NCBI GenBank assembly: GCA_004764695.1
Contig: SMSO01000034.1
Location: 1,302,001 to 1,366,000, forward strand
DNA length: 64,000 nucleotides
Source: Schizochytrium sp. TIO01
Taxonomy: Eukaryota > Protista > Bigyra: Labyrinthulomycetes
Direction: 5' to 3'
Shown: piece by piece, positions 22,921-33,000 of the stretch
How the letters are laid out: each line of letters starts with the position of its first letter
Position numbering within the stretch: position 1 is the stretch's first letter
Position numbers and translations under genes: made by a program
The notes under the pieces: model-generated
What the model saw: only the letters and a program-made list of their open reading frames with translations
What the model was told of the DNA's origin: nothing
The model's database searches: none

Positions 22921-24207
22921 ATGGATTTCATTCAACATGCCAAGCATATGGTCCTTGACCCGGATAATCCTGGTGAAGTGGTAGAAGATGCACACCTAAA
23001 GAATGAACTTAAGGTCATCTGCCAGAGACTGTCTGGAAGCCCAAACCCGAATCGGTTTGCCGGTTCTCAGCCTGTGTCGCTCCTTCGTGAGCATATGAGT
23101 GAGCTCACAAGCAAACCATGGATGGTTTGTGAGAAGTCTGACGGTGTGCGCTATCTTTTGCTTATTCACCGTATTAATTTTGTGGTGCACCGCCGACCGG
23201 CATCTTGGGACCGCGTACTTAATGGTCAGGTGGGTTCATGCTACTTGGTGAGTCGTAAATTAGAATTTATTACCATCCCCACGTTAGATCACTTTCTTGG
23301 AGAATCTCTTCTACGTAGCCTAGATGGAACGCTGCTTGATGGAGAGCTTGTGCACGACAATGTCCCTCTCCCGGATGATGTGATGCCAAATGTCTCTCCT
23401 GGCAATGATGAAGCAGCGAAGAAGCTTCTGCGTTTGCAGTCAACATTTCTTATCTTTGATGCACTTTCGGTGAGAAATACTTTTGTAGGTGATCTGGACC
23501 TCTTCGACCGCCTTCGTGCGGTGCAGGGGGAGTTTATGTTCCGTGTCCGATCCAATAATCCAAACCCCCCACCTATCATTCCGTGCGTTCTCACACTGAA
23601 ACAAATGTACGCGACCTTAGATATCGGCTTCGTTCTTGAAGATGTTATTAAGTCAAACCTTCCTCACGAAAATGATGGTCTTATTTTTACTCGAATTGAC
23701 AAACCATATAAATGCGGTAAGACAACAGATATTCTCAAATGGAAGCCTCGGCACCTTAACTCGGTAGATTTTGAGATTGTGGCTATGTGGGGACAGAGCG
23801 ACCGTGGTGAGCCTGACTGGCGGTACTGTTACTTAAACGCGGCCAAGTATGGCAGCAGCATTGGGTATGGACCTATTTGGCTCGATGAACAACAGCACGC
23901 GTACCTGAAGGAAAAGTATGGAGGAAAACCTGCAATTGTCGAGTGCGTACTTGATGACAATTGGTTTCAATACCAGCCACCACGCGATCAAACTGTGCCT
24001 TGGGCGGAGACCAGACGCACCCCAGGTCAAGCCTGGAAATTCTTGCGTGTACGTGAGGATAAGCACATTGCCAATGATATCAAGACAGTGCAAGGTGTGC
24101 TTCAAAGTATCGAGTCAGGAATTACCGAGGAGACTCTCATTAGCGCGCTTGGGCGCCCACTCCCTCAACAGCGGCAACGTGCGCGTACCTCCAGCTCCCA
24201 AGGCTAA
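22921..24207 (+). CDS. mRNA capping enzyme, guanylyltransferase only (Ceg1-like)
   Basis: FAGSQPVSL; motif I EKSDGVRY; III LLDGELV; IIIa FLIFDAL; IV HENDGLIF; V LKWKP..LNSVDF; OB fold IVEC; VI WKFLRVREDK..AN. Confidence 0.93.
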   Translation: MDFIQHAKHMVLDPDNPGEVVEDAHLKNELKVICQRLSGSPNPNRFAGSQPVSLLREHMSELTSKPWMVCEKSDGVRYLLLIHRINFVVHRRPASWDRVLNGQVGSCYLVSRKLEFITIPTLDHFLGESLLRSLDGTLLDGELVHDNVPLPDDVMPNVSPGNDEAAKKLLRLQSTFLIFDALSVRNTFVGDLDLFDRLRAVQGEFMFRVRSNNPNPPPIIPCVLTLKQMYATLDIGFVLEDVIKSNLPHENDGLIFTRIDKPYKCGKTTDILKWKPRHLNSVDFEIVAMWGQSDRGEPDWRYCYLNAAKYGSSIGYGPIWLDEQQHAYLKEKYGGKPAIVECVLDDNWFQYQPPRDQTVPWAETRRTPGQAWKFLRVREDKHIANDIKTVQGVLQSIESGITEETLISALGRPLPQQRQRARTSSSQG

Positions 24208-24636
24208 TCATCATGTTATTATGAAACCAATGTCGGCAGACATGCCGTGTAAGATTGCGACAAACGCAAAATGAATTGCTGTTTTTGAGTCATGCCGCTG
24301 CTTTTTCAATACATATTTTTAAAATAATGTCTCTGCACTCTATTCGCGCTTGTTAGCTAACGTATAATCAAGGTACTTCATTGTAAAATACAAGATTCCG
24401 AATACAGTTGTTGATGTGTTGAATTCTATATTGTTATATAATGCGACAAAACTAAAGCCTTTCCTCTAACTGTCAAAATCATGAATAGCTTTGTAAAAGT
24501 GAGAATTTGAGCAAACCAGTAAATGAAAAAATCTAAATGATCTAAATATAGAGGAGGCGACTTTCTGCAAATAAACAAAAAAAAAAGAAACTTTGGATTG
24601 GTTTAATAGGAATAAGGTTCATAGTTGTAGTAATAT

Positions 24637-25470
24637 TCAGCAACGATCTTGCCTCAGGTGAGCAGCATCGTAGTTCTTCATACACTCGGCGCTGCAGACG
24701 AATTTTCCGTCAAAGGATACACGTTCTGCCTTGTCTCGAGGGTGGCTTCCACACTGTGCGCATGTTAAGCAACGCAAGTGGTAGAGCTGATCTCTGACGG
24801 TCATACGCTCAAGGTCTGACACTTCTTCGCCGCAAATGGCACAAACCTTTGCATTTCTAGTCGCTAGGTTATCCCGCACATACGAACGTCCAAGCCGTTC
24901 GTCCTCTGCTACATCCTTAAAATTAACATCAGCGGCGCGATAGACGTTCTCCTGATCTACAGAGTATTCCTGCGCCCAGAACTTATCGAGGATTTGGATA
25001 GGCGTGTTCTTATGCACACCTTCAAGGAAAATCTCAGGCTCAAAGTCAATCTCGCCTGCACGTTTGAGGTTCTGCAGGACGCGGTTCAGATTGGCCACTT
25101 GGCCATCAAGATGTTGAAACAGGTCTCCAAATGTGCAGCTTTCCCCATTATCGCAGACATCACGAAGTGCAGATCGTGTTTGACGAACATCATTCTCGAG
25201 ACCTTGCGCAAAGTTATACTTTTTCCGGTCGCTTTTGTCAGAGATCTTGGCTTGCATAGCACTGGGGTCTGTCGCATCTTTCGCAGCCTTCTCAAAGGCA
25301 GCTATTCTCGCCATCAAACTTCCTCCAGCAGGCGCTGCTCTGGCAGTAGAAAACTCCTCTCCTTGTTCTTCTCCATGAGCAATGTCTTCATCTCCCGCGA
25401 GTTCTTCACGCTCAGACAGGTCTCGCGGCTGCGACCTGCGACCGCTAAGACGTTTCAGCAGTGAAGACAT
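24637..25470 (-). CDS. Costars (ABRACL/STARS-C)-like domain + LIM domain protein
   Basis: ATG 25470 (MSSLLKR). Costars-like CTFGDLF...LNRVLQNLKRAGEIDFEPEIFLEGVHKNTPIQIL (~25200-24988). LIM C-x2-C...H-x2-C-x2-C-x2-C...C-x3-C (~24843-24676). Confidence 0.8.
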   Translation of the reverse strand: MSSLLKRLSGRRSQPRDLSEREELAGDEDIAHGEEQGEEFSTARAAPAGGSLMARIAAFEKAAKDATDPSAMQAKISDKSDRKKYNFAQGLENDVRQTRSALRDVCDNGESCTFGDLFQHLDGQVANLNRVLQNLKRAGEIDFEPEIFLEGVHKNTPIQILDKFWAQEYSVDQENVYRAADVNFKDVAEDERLGRSYVRDNLATRNAKVCAICGEEVSDLERMTVRDQLYHLRCLTCAQCGSHPRDKAERVSFDGKFVCSAECMKNYDAAHLRQDRC

Positions 25471-25819
25471 TGAAAATAAGCACCTTCTCTCACCAGCCAG
25501 GCCACGGAGAAGACCCAAACTTGGAGGCGTCTCGTGAAGAGTGGTGTGGGTGAACGAGTGATGATTCGGGCTTTGTTCATTAAAATCTGCATGCGGACGC
25601 TTCCTGCTTAATTATTTTACTTATCTACATAGCTACTTTCGTAGTAGTAGGTACTTAGTATTCCTGCCAAACCTGAGCTACGTACGACCATGATTTCTGT
25701 AGCCATCTACTTTCTGAATGCTCCAAAAAAAGCTTCAAGATTAAGCTGCAAACATTTAAGCCATAGCACCGCGTCTGAACTTGCACTAGACTCCGAGTTA
25801 TGACTTGAAGTTGCCAGGA

Positions 25820-25910
25820 AAATGAACTTGGTTGCATTTGCTAGCCCAGTTTCCTGATGGTGTGTACTAATATATAGAATAACTACTACTAAGACGAGGG
25901 TCGTATCTAA
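25820..25910 (-). pseudogene. Weak F-box-like relic
   Basis: DTTLVLVVVILYISTHHQETGLANATKFIFL resembles F-box spacing; weak. Confidence 0.22.
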
Positions 25911-26274
25911 AACCTGGACCAAATTTCTTGGTCATTAAGTTGCAGCTGGTCAGGAAACTTGTTGCTCAAAGGGGAAAATGATTACAAAATATATACTGCC
26001 GCTGCAACAATGCTCGAGAATAAAGAACGAATTGTCATGGAGTTGGCAGAAGAATGATATATCTAGAAACAAACAGCTTGATGTAACGGTGCTTACAAAG
26101 GGGAAATACTCAAAATTGCGAAATGAATGCACTCAAAGACCTCTGAGAAGCAACGAATCATCGACTTGATGATAGTGAAGCCATGATGAAATAAGGAACA
26201 TCTTTTCTTCTCTTTTTCAAAGAATTCTGATTTTTCTTTTTACTGAAACAAATTACAAAGAAAAATATATGTAT

Positions 26275-29200
26275 CTATATCAATGATCGCGGGAGATCCT
26301 CCTTGCCCGTTATTTGGTGTTCGAGAACTTGCTCAAAATAGAACTTTGCAAGAGCTAGACGCTTGTCAATAACATCGCGATGGAGCATTACGACCTCAAA
26401 GAAATTGAGATCAGAGAATGCAGAATAGACAATTACTGCAACAATATACATCACGATGGGCACAATAATTGCAAATAAGAGAAGGAAAGTACAGAGCTTA
26501 CATGCGGACTTGGCTTTGGTAGACTCCTTCTTTGCCGCATCGTCTTCATCTCCTTTTGATTTCTTTGCACCAGCCTTTGGCCGAACTTGACGACTCTTGG
26601 TCATCCACTCTCGAAGAAGCTTGGTCTCAGCAACGTAGGCTTCAGCATGACCGTTCTTCACACCATTGATGATAAATGGCTTAATCATGCCTGACGGCAT
26701 TTTACCTTCGTTCCACACAACTTCGCCAGAAATGCGCAAGTGCGATTCTGTAGGGCTTACGTATGTGATAACAAATTGTACTTGTGTGTGAAAGCGCTCA
26801 CCATAAGGAACCCCGGGGGTCTCTTGAGCGACGAGAACTACGAAGCCACCAGGGTTCATGGTGAGAATCTTTTGGGTTTCCTTACACTCACTTCCCTTAA
26901 TAAGACCCGAATTAGGAAGCATGAAGGTAATTTCACGTGTTGGATGAGCCACAGAGTCGATATAATCCCCAGCGCGTGCAGCATGGATCGATTCTTGACG
27001 AACCAGGGCCGGACGCTTGCTCGACTCCGCCTGTGAAGAATCAGTATTTGGTACAGCAGGAGATGATGGGCCACCTGCGGTGGCTGATACCCCTTCGAGG
27101 ATTGCGGGTGTCGCGGCTTCAGTGCTATCACCTTCGCTACCGCTCTTCTTGCTCTTGGCACTCTCGACATGATCACTATCCTTACGCAAAACAGCTTCGG
27201 ACTGGGTGTCGACAGCAAGAGGTGGACGCTGCTGAGATCTTCGTTTTTCATCAAACATGCTTCCCGCCAAGGAAGAAAACGATGCGTCAGGAAGTAAATC
27301 AGACGCATCGCTCAGCCTTTTATTGGATGTCACAGATACTTCACTGCTAGCCCTTATCTTGCTTCCAGAATCGGAAGATGTAGATGATGATATCTTGCTT
27401 GATGACAACACTGCATTTTTGTTGTTGCTCAGAGTTTTAGCCGTGGTAGGAGGCGACGGCGACTTCTCTGAGTCAGTTGCTTCCTTATCATCTTCACTCT
27501 CTGACTCAGCATTGTCTGCGGCATTGTCATCGTTCTTGGTTTCGTCCATGCTTGGTCGGGGGATTTTCCATGGTCCCATAACATAATTAGAGTTCTTCCT
27601 CTCTTTGTTGAATTGTATGGCAAATTTAGAGTTGCTTCCAAGAATTGCAGTAGCGAGCTGCTGAACGGATCCAGGCACGTTTTCGTCAATGTAAATATTG
27701 GCGAAAGGTGAAGGAATATCAATCTGTTCCGGGACCTCATCAGGATCAGAGGGAATTACAGCCTTGAGGGCGTCTTCAATTTCCACATGCATCTCTCGAC
27801 CGCCATCGCCAATGCTCGCGAGATCATCCTCCAGTTCCAAAGCCTCATCAGGCAGCAAAGGCCTCATCCGGGCGTAGCAATAGATTTGTCCACACTTAAT
27901 CTTGATATTTCGTTTGAAAGCAGCCTGTTTGCGCAGTACTATGTACTGTACATCCTGGTTTGTTGGGTCAATGTCAGCTTGAGGTTTCAAGTCATCGACA
28001 GAGGGGACTGCGGACTTGTCATCGTCCGAAATGATGCTCAAAACCGACGGTGTACGAAGAGAAGACACTTTGTTGGATGCTGTGTCATCATCAAGGTTTT
28101 GAGTATCTTCTTCATCGGAATCAACCTGGGTGCCCACATCCGAATCTTCGTCGTCCGTATCGTCCTCGGTTGTTTCGACACGGCGTACACGCTGCAGACC
28201 TAATTTGCCACGCCCAATAACCACATTACTCGGGAGCTCTTTTCGCTTAATCAAGCGGAATTCCAAAGTGGTGTACTTTGCGACGTCGTCAGGGATTGGA
28301 ATCTCCACACTACCAGCCTTGACAACGGGACGACCATCTTTGGGCCACACAAAACGGGTTGAACGACGGCGAGCTACAACTCCTGGGTTGCTGTCAATAT
28401 CACGACGACGGCTCTTGTTATTTGCGTTTTTCTTGGCCATATATTCACTACGCTTCGCCGACCGGGCAACAACCTCAATCCATACCACTGAGCCTGATTG
28501 GATGTCTGTGACGTTGTGAATCTCCAAAGATGTAATACACGTTTGCCAGCAATCCACTTGCACAGTGCCAGGGGCTGGTGCAGAAGATTTGGGGTCACTT
28601 GCTTTTCCTAGCAAAGGTAAAATTGATGCACCGGGTTTGGAAACGGTTGAGGGCTCACGGTCAGCAGACTCAGCATCGAGTATGGCGCGGGAGGCGTAAA
28701 TTTCTTTCTCTGGCCTGCGGTCGACATGCTGATAAGCTAGGACACTACGCGGTAGCTGTGTGGACGGGCTTGTGCTATGATGCTCCGAGTCGGTGCGACT
28801 TACTGATTGGGTGTCAATAGTAGTCTTGTGAATAAATTCTTCATCTTGGCGGGGCCGGCATTCGTCATGCACAGTCGCATCGGGAGAATGAACAATATTG
28901 CTAATTACCTGAAACTCAACTTGGATCTCTCCACCACGCACCTCGTCAGGCTCCCGAGAAGTTGCAGGGGGAAGCAGTGGATGCCAAGAAAGCCAACCAG
29001 GTGCATCCTGAACAAAAATAGGGGGCATGCGTTTCTGATCAACATTGCATTGTTTCAAAATGCGCTTTGTTGGTACACACAGGACACCTAACGGCATGGA
29101 CTCTCCAACTTCACGAAAGTCAAAGACCTTGATCCAAACCTCGTTATGGCGCGCGAGGGTATAGTCGAAGAAGAATGTAAAGGTTTCATCCCATTTAGGG

Positions 29201-29979
29201 TCACTTGTTTTCTCCTCAACGGAGGTATTTGCTGTTAAAACACCTACAGTAACACTGGCTAGGGGCGCAATACGCTTGGGCTCCCACTTCCCAAGAATTC
29301 TGTTGTGGCGCGTGTAACGCAGCCCACGACCAGACACGAGGCGGACCACAAGTTTGTATTTCGCAAACGCACTCACATTGAAGGTATATAACGCAGACAT
29401 GTGGTATTTTTGAGATCCAGTTTGATACCAGTCCAACTGTTTGCGCCGGCGCCACTCCGCAATACTTGGAGCCATGCTATGAATCGCGCTGTTGAGTAGT
29501 GGCTTTGTATGATCAACACGAAGAATAATTTGGCGATACATGAGATGGCGCATAATATTTCGGGCATCTTCAGAGTCTGTGCAAATAGAGTTAGAAACAA
29601 GCCAGGTTATGGCATCAGCACCTCTAAAACAGTCCTCGTATGAGTGAATAATTCGGCGATGGACACTAAGATGGAGTTTAGCACGTAGAAGTACTGCAAG
29701 GCGGTCTAGTTCGCGGCGATCCACATCAAAATTGAGAATGGCACGCTTTCTGCGCTCATCGAGAGCTCTCAAAGTGTGCATATCATTAGCAGTTAGATCT
29801 CGCAGAGAGAGTTCTCGCTCCATATTCTTTGTCAGCTTTCTCTCTGCACGAGACCAAACGTGGGGACTAATCTGCGAACCCTGCGACCTGTCCGGTTCAC
29901 TACCAAAACTATCTTCACGTGTGCGTTCGACATCCTTTTCATCTGTCCCAGCGACATTGTTCATCAGTGACTTGAGCAT
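26275..29979 (-). CDS. DEP-C2-C2-VASt(StART-like)-TM membrane-contact lipid-transfer protein
   Basis: ATG 29979. DEP (HSYEDCFRGADAITWLV...ARNIMRHLMYRQII), C2 (LVVRLVSGRGL...TSDPKWDETFTF...VWIKVFDF), a second C2-like domain, VASt (DENVPGSVQQL...YVMGPW / TREITF...ETQ...TPGVPYGERFHT...LRISGEVVW), and a C-terminal TM. Confidence 0.82.
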   Translation of the reverse strand: MLKSLMNNVAGTDEKDVERTREDSFGSEPDRSQGSQISPHVWSRAERKLTKNMERELSLRDLTANDMHTLRALDERRKRAILNFDVDRRELDRLAVLLRAKLHLSVHRRIIHSYEDCFRGADAITWLVSNSICTDSEDARNIMRHLMYRQIILRVDHTKPLLNSAIHSMAPSIAEWRRRKQLDWYQTGSQKYHMSALYTFNVSAFAKYKLVVRLVSGRGLRYTRHNRILGKWEPKRIAPLASVTVGVLTANTSVEEKTSDPKWDETFTFFFDYTLARHNEVWIKVFDFREVGESMPLGVLCVPTKRILKQCNVDQKRMPPIFVQDAPGWLSWHPLLPPATSREPDEVRGGEIQVEFQVISNIVHSPDATVHDECRPRQDEEFIHKTTIDTQSVSRTDSEHHSTSPSTQLPRSVLAYQHVDRRPEKEIYASRAILDAESADREPSTVSKPGASILPLLGKASDPKSSAPAPGTVQVDCWQTCITSLEIHNVTDIQSGSVVWIEVVARSAKRSEYMAKKNANNKSRRRDIDSNPGVVARRRSTRFVWPKDGRPVVKAGSVEIPIPDDVAKYTTLEFRLIKRKELPSNVVIGRGKLGLQRVRRVETTEDDTDDEDSDVGTQVDSDEEDTQNLDDDTASNKVSSLRTPSVLSIISDDDKSAVPSVDDLKPQADIDPTNQDVQYIVLRKQAAFKRNIKIKCGQIYCYARMRPLLPDEALELEDDLASIGDGGREMHVEIEDALKAVIPSDPDEVPEQIDIPSPFANIYIDENVPGSVQQLATAILGSNSKFAIQFNKERKNSNYVMGPWKIPRPSMDETKNDDNAADNAESESEDDKEATDSEKSPSPPTTAKTLSNNKNAVLSSSKISSSTSSDSGSKIRASSEVSVTSNKRLSDASDLLPDASFSSLAGSMFDEKRRSQQRPPLAVDTQSEAVLRKDSDHVESAKSKKSGSEGDSTEAATPAILEGVSATAGGPSSPAVPNTDSSQAESSKRPALVRQESIHAARAGDYIDSVAHPTREITFMLPNSGLIKGSECKETQKILTMNPGGFVVLVAQETPGVPYGERFHTQVQFVITYVSPTESHLRISGEVVWNEGKMPSGMIKPFIINGVKNGHAEAYVAETKLLREWMTKSRQVRPKAGAKKSKGDEDDAAKKESTKAKSACKLCTFLLLFAIIVPIVMYIVAVIVYSAFSDLNFFEVVMLHRDVIDKRLALAKFYFEQVLEHQITGKEDLPRSLI

Positions 29980-31459
29980 GATATCAGTGTATTGTGAACA
30001 CGGTAAACGCACGTCACTTTCTAGATCCTTTTCTCCTCGAAAGGATTGCCTCGTACTATTTCAAGCGCGACAACGTGTCTCAGTTTCTAATCAACTGTGG
30101 TTGTGCCCAAAGAAACGTCTGTTTTGAAGGACACAGAAGCTGCACAATTTGGGGTGAGGGGGCGAAGGGGGAGGAGGGATGGTAATGATGGCCCTTAGCC
30201 AGAGCAAGCTTATGTGCCAAGGTCTCAAGTGGTCTTTAATGTTCAAAAGCTTTCGAGCAGATCCCAGCTTAGAACTATATAACGATCCGTGTCTTACACC
30301 TCACTCAAATTGGTTACCTTCTAAGCCAAAGGAGATGAAGTCCTGACAAAGCTTGTGCTGAGCAAATATGCAATTTTCAACTAAAACTCGCACTCCACCT
30401 TTCCGTTTCGTGTTTCTCTGCACCCTTGTATGTATCAATGGACCAATCGATGGATGAATGGATGGATGGATGGATACCTTGATGGATGTTTGCTGCTCCA
30501 AATAGACGGGCCGAGAGATCGTCAAGAGTAAAGACCACCTTCTCCGATACCGTTTTGGTCTGACGAGTGCAGGTTTGGCTCCCGCTCCTCTCCAGCCCTC
30601 GCTGCTCCTCAAGGCTTGTGCGGGCGGCCTCTGCTCAGCGAACTGCCGAGTCCGGGTCTTTACTAGACTCAACTTTTCATATAAATAATGCCATGCCTAC
30701 AGAAGAAAACAGGAATTAGTAGTAGTATACTATAACAACAACAACAGCAAAAACACCATCACTAAAAACGCATTTGCAGAATCTGATGCCATTCACATTC
30801 ATCTCAGGGCACCAAGTATTCTTTCAGCTGCCCAGGCATTAGTGTCCCACATCGACGAAGGCGTGAACGTCGTCTCTCTGCCACTCCACCGAGTCTCAGG
30901 CAGAGCATCACAGCATCACAGCATCACAGCATCCTGATCCTCTGCTGCTCATGATTGATTGCCCTGAGCGCTTTGGGAGTACCAACATACTAATAGGCAG
31001 AAATAAGTTACTAAAGAAAGTAAGAAATATAAAAAATGGTGCCACCTTCTTTAGGTAGGCAGGGTCCTTGAAGCGTTTGACACGAGCGGGAGCTGCTCCT
31101 GCCTCCTGCTGCACCCGTGCCTCTGCTTCGGCTGCTCTCTTCGGGCCAGTGCCTCGAGATCGCCTCCGCTCCCCGCGCCCGTCCCTTGGTCCACGCGTAC
31201 ACCGATGGATGGATATCTCGAGTTCATCCATTCCTGAGATAGCTCAATCCTGCTTTTCGTAGCTCCTTTTCTTCTCCTTCTTTCTTTATGGTTTTTTTAA
31301 CTTAATTCTTTTGTTTCTTTACTCTTTCTCTTTCTCCGTTTCTTTGTTCCTCCTTGGATTCCTCGCTACCACTTACATACGTACATGTAGGAGTGCGAAG
31401 AGGCGGCGCGTGACTCTTCCTCTTCTCTTTGATTTGAACGGTCCTCCGAGAGACTCCTA

Positions 31460-32650
31460 CTGTTTAGGGTGGGAAGGTTCTACCCAGTGGTGCGGAGATG
31501 GATTTGAGGAAACCACCTTTTCATTGGGTGTAAAGCGGACATGTGATGTCCATCTGAATCCAAAATCGCAGCTCGCATTGAGTTGATTCGCAGGCTATTT
31601 ATTGCACGGTGCACAGAAGACGCCTCTGACCTGAGGACGGCTCTAGACGGAGGCAGAGAAGCTTTGCGTCGGTTATGCTTTGAGTGGACTTCAGGAGAGC
31701 TGCAGAAGGCTTCACGGCAAGATGAAAGGCGGTGCTGACGACGGGTCAAGTGCTAGTGTTTAAGATAGTGTGGTTCCTACTAGGTACCTAATGATGGTGA
31801 TGTAAGAACACACAATAGCCGGGAACCATGAAGGAACCTGCGGGGAACCATATTTCCCCTGACGCACAGCGACAACTTGAACGGCGTTGGGAAGACGGAG
31901 GTACCTTGGGCCCAAGGAAATAAATGACAACCATGAAGTGGAGTAGTGAGATGGGCTGGTTGTATCCCCGAGAATAGAGGGAGCACAAGGGTTTGGTATG
32001 GTGAATGGGTTTTGGGAGGTTCGCGACCATCTGAATTTGGAGGAAACTGGCACTTTTCGCAGGCACCAAACTTACAAGAGCGCGTATCTTGATACTCTGA
32101 CGCTCTGATGCCCTCTGTCTGCGAGAAGAGTTGGTTGTTTGTTCAACGTCATGTGACTCGTTTGACAGCATAAGGATGAGCAGAAATATCTTTCTGGTTG
32201 TTGCATACAATGCCTTTTTATGCTCTCGTTTTTATAGCATGAGGTAAATCAGTGGATAGCAGGGTTTCCAGGGAGATGTTGCCACGAAGAACTTGAAGAT
32301 TTCTTGGGAAGAGAAATCACGCTTGGCTTGGGTTGGCTTGGCGAAGGTAGAAGCAAACTTGTATTTCACTTCAGAAACAAATGAGGCAGGACTTTGGTTG
32401 TATTAATCAAAGTTCGCAAACACTCTGAATAAATAGGGCAGGATTTTTTTGTGAAAACTCATACCAATCATGATTTACATGATAGCGTAAAACATTCCCC
32501 ATTTTTGTGTGGTTTCGTGTGAGAACATGTCGGGTAGATATCCATAATCTCAAAATCTGTTGAAGTGATGATTCCCAGATAGTAATTGAATGGGATTTAC
32601 CGTATAGCAGTCAGAGCTGAGCGCCCATAGTACCTTATCATCATCTTCGA
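31460..32650 (-). mobile_element. Possible decayed non-LTR retrotransposon (LINE) ORF2 3' part
   Basis: Coding-like frame with stops (DFSSQEIFKFF...PWKP), then CKFGAC, DT/PAHL...C....W (zinc-knuckle-like), LRLPNAVQVVAVRQG, and terminal RTFPP*. By eye only. Confidence 0.35.
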
Positions 32651-32653
32651 ACA

Positions 32654-33000
32654 ATGCTTCCGGTTGTCACAATAGTCTGTCATCACTACTCGATACAAAC
32701 AAGTGCTGCAGCAACCGGCCATCTATTTATAGCATGCCACATTTCGTGCAACAACGTACGCTTTGCCCCAGATTCTCTCTTCGTTGCGCAAAGGCCGCAT
32801 TCCCTGCATTCTCTGCACCCCCACGGAAATGGTTCCTGACATTATATTTGGCCATGCTGCCTGCACCCTCGTTCTCCTCCGTGGTTTTGTTTGAGAATTC
32901 CCTCCGCCAGTGTCAACACCAGGGTACCTACTGATATGCCATCCTGGATTCTATGCGAACTAGCTCAGTAAGTTGCGAACTCGGGCACAGGGAGAGAGCC
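32654..33000 (+). mobile_element. Possible second LINE C-terminal relic, opposite orientation
   Basis: VCHHY....AATGHLFIAC (CxxC...T..HLF..C-like), then PDIIFG and KLRTR in shifted frames. Confidence 0.3.
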
